A DNA stretch of 45,414 bases, taken from the NCBI GenBank assembly GCA_046731555.1, contig JBKPLI010000107.1, forward strand, positions 1-45,414, given 5' to 3'. Source of the DNA: Actinomycetota bacterium (GTDB taxonomy: Bacteria > Actinomycetota > Thermoleophilia > Gaiellales > Gaiellaceae). Of the stretch, positions 32,282-40,521 are shown piece by piece (positions within the stretch are counted from its first letter, which is position 1; each line of letters starts with the position of its first letter). The translations under genes were made by a program, and so were the position numbers. Below the pieces are notes generated by a model. It saw only the letters and a program-made list of their open reading frames with translations, ran no database searches and was not told where the DNA came from.

Positions 32282-35200
32282 ACGGACTTCAGAATCCTGG
32301 GCGCGCTCGAGGTTCGGAGCGGCAGCCGGCCGCTCCCACTGCGGCCGGGACGGCAGCGGGCATTGCTCGCCATCCTGCTGCTGCGCCGGAACGAGCTCGT
32401 CGCCTCCGACCGCTTGATCGAGGAGCTCTGGGGCGAGGAGTCGCCGACGAGCGCGGGCAAGATCGTGCAGGGGTACGTCTCGCAGCTGCGCCGGTCGCTC
32501 GGTGTGGAGGGACAGGCTCGGCTTCGCACGCGGGCGCCTGGTTACGTACTCGAGGTCGGGGACGAGGAGGTCGACCTCGACCGGTTCGAGTCGTTGGTCG
32601 CCCGCGGCCGCGAGGAGCTTCGCACCGGGCTCGTGGCCGATGCCTCCGCGCATCTCGCCGAGGCGCTCGAGCTGTGGCACGGGCCGCCGCTCGCGGACTT
32701 CCAGTACGAGCCGTTCGCGCAGGCGGCGATCGCCAGGCTGGAGGAGCAGCGGCTCGCCGCGCTGGAGCAGCGCATCGACGCCGACCTGCAGCTCGGTCAC
32801 GACGGGGCTCTGGTCGGTGAGCTCGAGGCGCTCGTCGCCGACCATCCGATGCGCGAGCGGCTGCGCGCGCAGCTGATGCTCGCGCTCTACCGGAGTGGCC
32901 GGCAGGCCGACGCGCTCGACGTCTACCAGTCGACGCGCCGCACGCTCGTCGACGAGCTCGCGATCGAGCCGAGTCCCGCGTTGCAGCAGCTCGAGCAGGC
33001 GATCCTCCGCCAGGACGCGTCGCTCGACCGCGCGCCCCTCGAGGTCGACCGGTGGCCGGAGCCGGTCGTCGCGACCGAGCCGCCCGAGGCCGAGCCGGTC
33101 GCGGACGTTCGCCGCGGGCCGGTGACGGTCCTCTTCTGCGACCTCGACGAGTCCGTCAGCCTCGGCGAGCGGCTCGACCCCGAGCTGCTCCGCTCCGTGC
33201 TCGGCCGCTACTACGAGGTGTGCACCGATGCGATCGCGCGTCACGGCGGGTGCGTCGAGAAGTTCATCGGCGACGCGGTCGTCGCCGTGTTCGGCGTGCC
33301 GGACGCGCGCGAGGACGACGCGCTGCGGGCCGTGCGCGCCGCGACCGAGATCCGCGACCGGTTCGACGCGTTGCGTGAGGAGCTCGAGGCGCAACTGGGG
33401 CTCGATCTCGCAGTTCAGATCGGCGTGCACAGCGGCGTCGCGATCGTGCCGCGGAAGGTCGCGCCGGAGGGGTCCGCGGTGACGGGCGACACGACGAATC
33501 GCGCCGCGCGCCTGCAGCAGTCCGCCGGGCCCGGCGAGATCCTCCTGGGCGCGATGACGTGGCGGCTCGTGCGCAACGCCGTCCGCGTCGAGCCCGTCAC
33601 GCCGCCGCCCGTGAAGGGCAAGCGCCAGACCGGCCGCGCGTTCAGGCTCGTCGAGCTCATCGAAGGAGCGTCCCCGCTCGCCCGTCGCTTCGAGGCGCCG
33701 TTCGTGGGGCGCGACGAGGAGCTGTCGCAGCTCCGCGAGGCGTTCGCGCGCTGCCGGCGCGAGCGCGCATGCCACCTCTTCACGGTCGTCGGGATGGCCG
33801 GCATCGGGAAGTCGCGGCTCGCGCTCGAAGCGCACGCGCGGCTCGCGGAGGACGCGCAGGTGCTCATCGGACGGTGCCTGCCGTACGGCGAGGGCACCGC
33901 GTTCTGGCCGCTGCGCGAGATGCTCGTCGGCGCACTCGGCGAGGGCGTCGAGCACGAGCTCGACGCGATGCTGGCCGCGCATCCCGAGCACGCATGGATC
34001 GGACCGGCAGTCACCGGCCTCCTGGGCCTCGAAGCGCGGACGGCGAGCCTCGAGGAGAGCTTCCTCGCGGTGCGCCGCCTGTTCGAGCTGCTCGCGGACG
34101 AGCGGCCGCTCGCGATCGCGATCGAGGACGCCCACTGGGCGGACAACGTGCTGCTCGACCTCGTCGAGCACCTCGCGGACCTCGTGCGCGACGCGCCGAT
34201 CTTCGTGCTCCTCCTCGCGCGGCCCGAGCTCTACGACGTTCGGCCGAACTGGCCGGGCGGCCGACCGAACGCGACCACGATCCTCCTCGATCGCCTGCCG
34301 CCGGCGGAGGCCGACCGGCTAGCCGCGTGGCTGCTCGACGGCGTGCCGCTGCCGGACAAGGCGCGCGGGCGCGCGACCTCCCTCGCGGAGGGGAACCCGC
34401 TCTTTCTCGAGCAGCTGCTCGCCTTCGCGGGCGAGGAGCCTGCCGAGACGAGCGACGCCGACCTCCCGCCGACGATCCAGGCGCTGCTCGCCGCGCGCCT
34501 CGACCGCCTCGGCCCGGCCGAGCGCGCGCTCGTCGAGCGCGCCGCGGTGCTCGGAACGGAGTTCGACCTGGCCGCACTGACCGAGCTCGCGCCACCGAGC
34601 CTCGCCCCGACGCTCGCGACTCACGTCGGCGCGCTCGTGCGCAAGGAGCTCATCCGCCCGACGCGCGCGAGCGGCCCTCGCGAGACGTTCCGCTTCCGTC
34701 ACGGCCTGATCGGCGACGCTGCGTACCGCTGCATCGCGAAGGCACAGCGCGCCGAGTTGCACGAACGCGTCGCCGACTGGCTCGGCGCGAATCGAAGCCG
34801 TCACGACTTCTACGACGAGATGAGCGGCTACCACCTCGAGCAGGCGTACCGGTGCAAGGTCGCGGTCGGCGCGGGTCGCGCCGAGACTCTCGCGCTCGCG
34901 GCGGAGGCCTCCGTTCGGCTCGAGTCGGCGGCACGCCGCGCGCTCTCACGGAGCGACCTCGCGTCAGCCGCGGCACTCTTGGAGCGCGCGTCGTCCCTGC
35001 CCGCCGACGCGGAGTCGCGGCACGCCCTTCTCCTGGCCGACTTCGCCGCGACGCTGATCGAGTCCGGCCGGTTGCTCGACGCGCAGCGTGTTCTCGATGA
35101 CGCCAGCGGAGCGGCCGAGGAGGCCGGTGACGAATGGGCGGAGCTGCGCGTGCTCGTCGAGCATCAATGGCTGAACATCCATCGCGCGGTTCCCGGCACG

Positions 35201-36145
35201 AGCGAGCACGTGCGCGAGGTCGTCGCGAGCGCGCTGCCGGTCTTCGAGCGCGTCGACGACCAGCACGGCCTCTGTCGCGCGCGTCGCCTCGAGGCGTCGG
35301 CCGAGTGGACGAAGGCGCGCGCAGCGGCCGCCGCCGCGGCGTGGGAGCGGGCGGCCGTTCACGCGCAGGCCGCCGGCGAGGAGCACGAGCGCGCGGCGAT
35401 CCTCATGTGGGTCTCGTCGTCGATGTGGTTCGGGCCGGCACCGGTCGAGCTCGCCCTGACCCGGTGCGAGCAGATTCGCGAGGAGGTGAAGGGCAACCCC
35501 GCCTCGGAGGCGGAGGTGCTGCGCCATCTCGGCGGCCTGCACGCGCTCGCCGGTCGCTTCGACGCCGCCCGCGTGTTCTTCGCCGCGAGCAACGCCGGGT
35601 TCGCGGAGCTCGGCATCGGCATCAACTCGGTGATCTCGCACGCAGTGGCCGTCTCGGAGATGCTCGCGGGCAACAACGCGGGTGCAGAGCGGCGGCTGCG
35701 GGAGGGCTACGACGTGCTCTCGACGATGGGCGAGAACGCGCTGCGCTCGACCACCGCCGCCGTTCTGGCGCGCGCGGTTCTCGCGCAGGGTCGCGCGGAC
35801 GAGGCGAAGCGATACACGGAGGCAAGCGAGGCGCTGGGCGAGCCGGACGATCTCCTCACGCAAATGGTGTGGCGCGGCGTGCGTGCCCGGATCCTGGCCG
35901 ACGACGGGCACGCGGAGACTGCGGAGACCCTCGCGCGCGAGGCGGTCGCGCTCGCGGAGGACACCGACCTCGTCAACTTCCACGCGGACGCGCTCGCTGA
36001 TCTCGCCTACGTGTACGAGTCGGCGGGGCGCATCGCGGAGGCGTCGGCCGCGCTCGACGAGGCGCTGCAGTTGTACGAGCAGAAGGGCAACGTCGTAGCC
36101 GCGAGCGAGGTTCGCGGCCGTGTGGAATCGCTGAAGGTCGCGTGA
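32282..36145 (+). CDS. Multidomain regulator: SARP (OmpR-type wHTH + BTAD) - class III adenylate/guanylate cyclase domain - P-loop STAND/AAA_16 NTPase - TPR-like helical repeats (about 1287 aa)
   Basis: DFRILGALEV...LWHGPPLADF...ALYRSGRQADALDVY; VTVLFCDLDES, KFIGDAVVAVFG, GDTTNRAARLQ; FVGRDEEL...VVGMAGIGKSRLA, IAIEDAHWAD; long Ala/Leu-rich helical tail. The ORF is open back to ATG 32126, but those 52 codons have low GC3. AAAGGAGG (32269-32276) sits 5 nt before ACG 32282, so the start is unresolved. Confidence 0.8.
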   Translation, partial: TDFRILGALEVRSGSRPLPLRPGRQRALLAILLLRRNELVASDRLIEELWGEESPTSAGKIVQGYVSQLRRSLGVEGQARLRTRAPGYVLEVGDEEVDLDRFESLVARGREELRTGLVADASAHLAEALELWHGPPLADFQYEPFAQAAIARLEEQRLAALEQRIDADLQLGHDGALVGELEALVADHPMRERLRAQLMLALYRSGRQADALDVYQSTRRTLVDELAIEPSPALQQLEQAILRQDASLDRAPLEVDRWPEPVVATEPPEAEPVADVRRGPVTVLFCDLDESVSLGERLDPELLRSVLGRYYEVCTDAIARHGGCVEKFIGDAVVAVFGVPDAREDDALRAVRAATEIRDRFDALREELEAQLGLDLAVQIGVHSGVAIVPRKVAPEGSAVTGDTTNRAARLQQSAGPGEILLGAMTWRLVRNAVRVEPVTPPPVKGKRQTGRAFRLVELIEGASPLARRFEAPFVGRDEELSQLREAFARCRRERACHLFTVVGMAGIGKSRLALEAHARLAEDAQVLIGRCLPYGEGTAFWPLREMLVGALGEGVEHELDAMLAAHPEHAWIGPAVTGLLGLEARTASLEESFLAVRRLFELLADERPLAIAIEDAHWADNVLLDLVEHLADLVRDAPIFVLLLARPELYDVRPNWPGGRPNATTILLDRLPPAEADRLAAWLLDGVPLPDKARGRATSLAEGNPLFLEQLLAFAGEEPAETSDADLPPTIQALLAARLDRLGPAERALVERAAVLGTEFDLAALTELAPPSLAPTLATHVGALVRKELIRPTRASGPRETFRFRHGLIGDAAYRCIAKAQRAELHERVADWLGANRSRHDFYDEMSGYHLEQAYRCKVAVGAGRAETLALAAEASVRLESAARRALSRSDLASAAALLERASSLPADAESRHALLLADFAATLIESGRLLDAQRVLDDASGAAEEAGDEWAELRVLVEHQWLNIHRAVPGTSEHVREVVASALPVFERVDDQHGLCRARRLEASAEWTKARAAAAAAAWERAAVHAQAAGEEHERAAILMWVSSSMWFGPAPVELALTRCEQIREEVKGNPASEAEVLRHLGGLHALAGRFDAARVFFAASNAGFAELGIGINSVISHAVAVSEMLAGNNAGAERRLREGYDVLSTMGENALRSTTAAVLARAVLAQGRADEAKRYTEASEALGEPDDLLTQMVWRGVRARILADDGHAETAETLAREAVALAEDTDLVNFHADALADLAYVYESAGRIAEASAALDEALQLYEQKGNVVAASEVRGRVESLKVA

Positions 36146-36189
36146 GATGATGAATCGACAGGCACATCGAGATTGGTGGTGGTGACGTG

Positions 36190-36531
36190 ATGGCCCATGG
36201 CAGCGCGTTCGACGATGAGCTGCAGCTCGCAAACGGTGCCCTGCAAGCGGTTCGCGGGCCGGTCAGTTACAAAGAGATCAAGTCGATTGCGATCCGCATC
36301 GTGCAGCGCGACGTGAACGGCGCAGGCGCGATGGCGGCCGCTGCAGGAGAACCCAAGACCGAGTTGACGCCTCAGCTTGCGAAATCGTGGGTGCTACCCG
36401 CGGACACCGTGGTCAACGCAGGGCGATTCGTCGACGGCCCGGCACAGGCAAGCGCAGTCGCGCTCGTCGTGGAGGACGACGACTCGCTGCGCGTCATCGA
36501 GTGGTCGCACGACCTGCTGCTGGCCCACTAG
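36190..36531 (+). CDS. Hypothetical protein (113 aa), no family recognised
   Basis: The ORF begins 44 nt after the regulator's stop. GC is lower than the surroundings, codon bias is only moderate, and there is no TM segment or signal peptide. Confidence 0.45.
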   Translation: MAHGSAFDDELQLANGALQAVRGPVSYKEIKSIAIRIVQRDVNGAGAMAAAAGEPKTELTPQLAKSWVLPADTVVNAGRFVDGPAQASAVALVVEDDDSLRVIEWSHDLLLAH

Positions 36532-36537
36532 CGCCGA

Positions 36538-37791
36538 CTACACAGGGACGAGGGCACTCAACACCGCGCGGCCGGGATACGACCCGTCCTCGGACCGCGG
36601 TGGAACGAAGAACAGCCCGGCGGCGTAGGCAGTGAGGAGCGGTGTGGCCGAGCCTGACCCGTTCTCCCCGCCGAAGTTCGAGCCGCCGAGCCATCCGTCG
36701 CGCATCAGGAGACGGAGCAACCGCCACGGGTTGTCCTGGAACGAGACGAAGTTGAGACCCGTACGGAATCCCGGCGGAGAGGATGTCGACTCGAGGAACG
36801 GGTAGCCCTGGCGAAAGATCCGGAAGCTCAGCGGATCGCCGGGGGGCGGCTCGTGGTGGTTTGCGCGCTGAACGTGGCTGTACTTCAGCGTCGCATCGCT
36901 TGTCGAGGGCGGCTCGCTGAGGGCTTGCACCGGCGGTTTGCTGCCATTGCCGTCGAGTGGGCAGCCGTTTGCGCTCTTCTGTGGGTCGAACTCCATGAGC
37001 GGACAGCCGCTGATCTTCGCCCGGCCGACGAGACCCTCCTGTTGCGCAACAGAGAACCCTCGCCACACCGCGAGGTCGATAGCGAGCCGCACGAATGCCA
37101 GATACGTGCCGCCGACGGTCCACTGGTGGTCGTCGCGGTCTCTGATGGGGACGACGCCGGCTCGCTCGTCGTCCTTGAGATTCGAGAGGCCGTCGTGGAA
37201 GTCGATCCAGCTGCGTCGATCGTCCCGCTTCGACCCGGTGTAAGCGGCCGAGATCCGCAGCGCTACTTCCGCACCTTGGTCGTTCAGGAGCTTCCAGGTC
37301 TCGACGATCGCGCGCTCCACGGCGAGCGGCGTCTCGGCGGTGAACTGCAGCGCGAACGCTGCTTCGCCGGGATTCGACGTGATGCCCGGCGCGTACACGA
37401 TCCCCGAGTTGCTCAACTGCCGGCCGTACGCGTCGTCCCGGGGGGTCGCGATCGGTTGACCGCCGATCGGCGCGCTGAACCCCGCGTCCTCGAACTCGGG
37501 GGGCAGGTTCGGCGCTGCCGGGTCGGCGAGCTTGAATGCCGCGCGCCCGAACCCCAGCAGGACCTTCAGCTCGCCCTTCGGCACCTCTACCGTGTCGCCA
37601 AGATCGTTCACCTTGCCGTCCTTGAGGCGCGCGTACATGTCCCACAGCTTCTGCAAGAGGCGGTCGACGTCGTTTGCCGTCTTGCCGGGCATGGCGTCGA
37701 GCAGGAGGAACGAGAAGAAGCCGGGCAGCGGCGCCTCCTTCGTGCGCTGCAGGTAGATCCCGTCTTGCAGCTTCTCGGTGCCGTCAAGCAT
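36538..37791 (-). CDS. Dyp-type (dye-decolorizing) peroxidase family protein, no signal peptide
   Basis: WIDFHDGLSN (GxxDG-type motif), proximal-His region SHVQRANHH, FRIFRQGYPF, GLNFVSFQDN. GAAGGAG lies 5 nt before ATG 37791. Confidence 0.8.
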   Translation of the reverse strand: MLDGTEKLQDGIYLQRTKEAPLPGFFSFLLLDAMPGKTANDVDRLLQKLWDMYARLKDGKVNDLGDTVEVPKGELKVLLGFGRAAFKLADPAAPNLPPEFEDAGFSAPIGGQPIATPRDDAYGRQLSNSGIVYAPGITSNPGEAAFALQFTAETPLAVERAIVETWKLLNDQGAEVALRISAAYTGSKRDDRRSWIDFHDGLSNLKDDERAGVVPIRDRDDHQWTVGGTYLAFVRLAIDLAVWRGFSVAQQEGLVGRAKISGCPLMEFDPQKSANGCPLDGNGSKPPVQALSEPPSTSDATLKYSHVQRANHHEPPPGDPLSFRIFRQGYPFLESTSSPPGFRTGLNFVSFQDNPWRLLRLLMRDGWLGGSNFGGENGSGSATPLLTAYAAGLFFVPPRSEDGSYPGRAVLSALVPV

Positions 37792-37965
37792 GGCCGCTCC
37801 TTCCGACGACATGCCTGTTTCTCGCTCTGTCAACTCTAGGGAGCGCGGGATCGACTTTCAATATCGCTGGCTTGCCCACGTTCACTAGAGCGTCGACCCG
37901 GCGACGGTGATACGCGCGGATTCGATGTACGTAATCGGCGGCGCCGTGCTCTTCACAGGACACGG

Positions 37966-37985
37966 CCGAGGTCTCGAGATCTCGG
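37966..37985. promoter_or_regulatory. 20-bp near-perfect palindrome CCGAGGTCTC|GAGATCTCGG upstream of the S8 protease gene
   Basis: 9 of 10 positions are complementary (one G/T). It lies 10 nt upstream of the AAAGGAG SD of the 38013 gene. Confidence 0.35.
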
Positions 37986-38012
37986 TCTTCCAGCGAAAGG
38001 AGCACGACCGAA

Positions 38013-39842
38013 ATGCACGCCACTTCCCTACGACCGCGCCTCGGGATCGCACTGCTCGCGGCGCTTGCTGCGGTGATCGTGTGCGGGCTCGGCGCGACGC
38101 GCGCCGCGCCTGCGGGGTCGAGGCAGGCACCGCCGACGTTCGCTGCCGTGCCGGGCCAGGTCATCGTCCGGTACGCGCCGTCGACGTCGCGCCACGAGCA
38201 GAGCGCCATCACCGCCCACGCCGATGCGCACGCGGTCCGGGCCCTCGGGCCGCGCACGAAGCTCGTCCAGCTTCCCCGCGGAGCCAGCGTCGCGGATGCC
38301 GTTCGCAGACTCGAGCGGCAGCCGGGCGTCCTCTCGGCGGAGCCGAACTACGTCCTCCACACGCTCGCACGTCCGACCGACTCGATGTTCGACCAGCTCT
38401 GGGGTCTCGACAACGTCGGGCAGGCGGTCATCGGCCACTTCGGGACCGCCGACGCCGACGTCGACGCGCCGGAGGCGTGGGACCTGTCGATCGGAAGTTC
38501 CTCCGTCGTCGTCGGCGTCCTCGACACCGGCGTCGCGTACGACCATCCGGACCTCGAGGGTCAGATCGCAACCAACCCGGGCGAGTCCGGTGACGGCAAG
38601 GAGACGGACGGGATCGACAACGACGGGAACGGCTACGTCGACGACTACCGCGGGTGGGACTTCGCGGACGACGACAACGACCCCTACGACCTGAACAACC
38701 ACGGCACGCACGTCTCCGGCACGATCGGGGCGCGGGCCGACAACGCGTTCGGCGTCGCCGGCATCAACTGGCACGTCGGGATCCTGCCGGTGCGGTTTCT
38801 CGACGCCGCCGGCTACGGCACGACCGCCGACCTCGTCGACGCGCTGACCTACATCGGCCGTCAGCACATCCCGATCGTGAACGGCAGCTTCGGCGGCGGG
38901 CCGTCAAGCCCGGCGACCGTGGCGGCGATCAGGGCGGCGACGGACACGTTGTTCGTGTTCGCTGCGGCGAACAACTCGATGGACAACGACCGATACCCCG
39001 CCTACCCCTGCTCGTATCCCGAGCCGAACATCATCTGCGTCGCCGCGACCGACCAGCGTGACCGTCTCGCGGCGTTCTCGAACTACGGCCGGCGCTCCGT
39101 CGACGTGGCCGCGCCGGGCGTCGACGTGCTCAGCACGATCGCGCGCACGGACGACGGTCAGCCCGGAGCCTACGACTACTACTCCGGCACCTCGATGGCG
39201 ACGCCGCACGTCGCGGGCATCGCTGCGCTGGCGCTGGCGTTTGCGCCGGGGCTGTCGCCGACTGACGTGAAGGCGGCGATCATGGCCGGCGCGGAGCCGC
39301 TGCCGACGCTGACGGGCCGCGTCGTCACGGGCGCCCGGGCCAATGCGGAGCGGACGCTCGAGGCCGCGTACCTGCAGGTTGGCAGCGCGTCCTCGCTCAG
39401 GCTCGACCCCGCCACGGGGCAGTACGTGACGACCGTGCACGTGACGCTGTCGGCAGCGTGCCCACAGCCGTGCAGCCTCGACAGCGTCGAGCTGCGCTCG
39501 CCGACGCGAAGCGGCGGGTCCGTCGTCCTCGGTCGGCGCGACGGGCTCGCACTCGCGCCCGGGTCGTCGATCGACGTCGACGTCCCGGTCTCGAAGCCGG
39601 CGCTCCTGCGCACCGCGTTCGTGAATCAGGGTGCGTCGCTGGTCTCCGACACGCGTCTCCTCGCGCAGCTCCAGTCGCAGGGCCGCCTGTTCGACGCGGC
39701 GTACGCCGGCAACCTGTCGGTCTCGGCACGGTCGGTCCGCAACGGCACGCTCCCCGGCCTGCGGCCGATCCTACGGCGAGCGGCGGAAGGCGCACCGCCG
39801 CAGCCGCCCGCGCTGCCCACACGGCCTGACGCGGGGCGCTGA
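38013..39842 (+). CDS. Secreted S8 family serine peptidase (subtilisin-like) with I9-type propeptide and C-terminal extension
   Basis: Signal MHATSLRPRLGIALLAALAAVIVCGLGA. The propeptide ends AEPNYVLH. Catalytic triad contexts: VGVLDTGV, NHGTHVSGTIG, SGTSMATPHVAG. Ca-loop DNDGNGYVDD. Confidence 0.9.
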   Translation: MHATSLRPRLGIALLAALAAVIVCGLGATRAAPAGSRQAPPTFAAVPGQVIVRYAPSTSRHEQSAITAHADAHAVRALGPRTKLVQLPRGASVADAVRRLERQPGVLSAEPNYVLHTLARPTDSMFDQLWGLDNVGQAVIGHFGTADADVDAPEAWDLSIGSSSVVVGVLDTGVAYDHPDLEGQIATNPGESGDGKETDGIDNDGNGYVDDYRGWDFADDDNDPYDLNNHGTHVSGTIGARADNAFGVAGINWHVGILPVRFLDAAGYGTTADLVDALTYIGRQHIPIVNGSFGGGPSSPATVAAIRAATDTLFVFAAANNSMDNDRYPAYPCSYPEPNIICVAATDQRDRLAAFSNYGRRSVDVAAPGVDVLSTIARTDDGQPGAYDYYSGTSMATPHVAGIAALALAFAPGLSPTDVKAAIMAGAEPLPTLTGRVVTGARANAERTLEAAYLQVGSASSLRLDPATGQYVTTVHVTLSAACPQPCSLDSVELRSPTRSGGSVVLGRRDGLALAPGSSIDVDVPVSKPALLRTAFVNQGASLVSDTRLLAQLQSQGRLFDAAYAGNLSVSARSVRNGTLPGLRPILRRAAEGAPPQPPALPTRPDAGR

Positions 39843-39851
39843 ACCGACCAC

Positions 39852-39890
39852 GGGCAGCCCGTGACCGCGGCGACGCGGCGCGGGCTGCCC
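39852..39890 (+). terminator. Compound hairpin after the S8 gene
   Basis: GGGCAGCCCG ... CGGGCTGCCC (10-bp outer stem) encloses an inner CCGCG/CGCGG stem. It starts 10 nt after the stop. Confidence 0.45.
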
Positions 39891-39951
39891 TCCGTGTGCC
39901 GCCCGTTCGGGACGGCGCCGCCAAGTCACACGACAGAAAGGAACGAGAGAG

Positions 39952-40089
39952 ATGACGATCACCCGCACGACGAATCGGACCTCCCCGTCGGACACGTTCC
40001 CCGGGCGTCTCAGGGAAGGCATCGACGCCTCCGGCCGCGACGAGCTCTCGGACCTGGCCGCTGCGTCGGGACGCAGATCCTTCCGCTGA
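39952..40089 (+). CDS. Possible small ORF (45 aa)
   Basis: GAAAGGAAC precedes the ATG and about 86% of codons end in G/C (MTITRTTNRTSPSDTFPGRLREGIDASGRDELSDLAAASGRRSFR). It is too short to judge and no homology was recognised. Confidence 0.25.
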   Translation: MTITRTTNRTSPSDTFPGRLREGIDASGRDELSDLAAASGRRSFR

Positions 40090-40120
40090 TCGAGACGGTG
40101 ACGATCTCGAGCGAGAACGT

Positions 40121-40417
40121 TCAGCGCGTCGCGCCCTGACGGGGCGCGGCCGCGAGGTCGAGCAGTCCCGGGAAGCGGGCGTCGAGGTCCTCGCGGCGGA
40201 GCGAGACGAGCCGCTGCGTGCCGACGACGCGCGTGGCGGTGATGCCCGCCTCGCGCAGGATCTTCAGGTGGTGCGAGCGGGTCGCGTCGCTCACCGGCAG
40301 CGGGAAGCTGCCGCAGGCCCGCTCGCCGTGGACGAGGGCCGTCACGATCTGCAGCCGCACCGGGTCGGCGAGCGCGCCGAGCACGGTCGTCAGCTCCAGG
40401 TCGTCGCGCTCGGGCAT
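40121..40417 (-). CDS. ArsR/SmtB family transcriptional regulator
   Basis: LGALADPVRLQIVTAL...SHHLKILREAGI...G. wHTH signature. Confidence 0.85.
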   Translation of the reverse strand: MPERDDLELTTVLGALADPVRLQIVTALVHGERACGSFPLPVSDATRSHHLKILREAGITATRVVGTQRLVSLRREDLDARFPGLLDLAAAPRQGATR

Positions 40418-40435
40418 GTCGAGGTAGCGCTCAGG

Positions 40436-40459
40436 TATTTTCGATCACCGTCGAAATAA
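40436..40459. promoter_or_regulatory. AT-rich inverted repeat TTTCGA-N6-TCGAAA in the arsR/DMT divergent region (candidate ArsR-type operator)
   Basis: Core arms are 40439-40444 and 40451-40456, perfect, with A/T-rich flanks in otherwise GC-rich DNA. Confidence 0.35.
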
Positions 40460-40479
40460 ACGCCGGCCGGGCGGCGTTT
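40458..40479. other. Terminator-like hairpin with T-rich tracts on both sides, inside a divergent promoter region
   Basis: AAACGCCG-gccggg-CGGCGTTT (8-bp stem), followed by CTTCCTT on the plus strand and by TTTATTT on the minus strand. Confidence 0.35.
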
Positions 40480-40521
40480 CTTCCTTCGAAGCTCGTCGAA
40501 GTGTCCCACGGAAGGAGCGCC

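Noticed and set aside
33100-33620. Cyclase domain as the core of a Pycsar/CBASS-like anti-phage signalling system
   Set aside because: The cyclase is fused within a SARP-STAND-TPR regulator. No adjacent effector with a cyclic-nucleotide-binding, TM or TIR domain is visible, and the downstream 113-aa ORF has no such features. It is kept only as a remote possibility under the main finding.
36538-37791. Dyp peroxidase as encapsulin cargo or as Tat-exported EfeB
   Set aside because: There is no encapsulin shell gene on either side. The C-terminus (…GRAVLSALVPV) does not look like a targeting peptide, and there is no twin-arginine signal.
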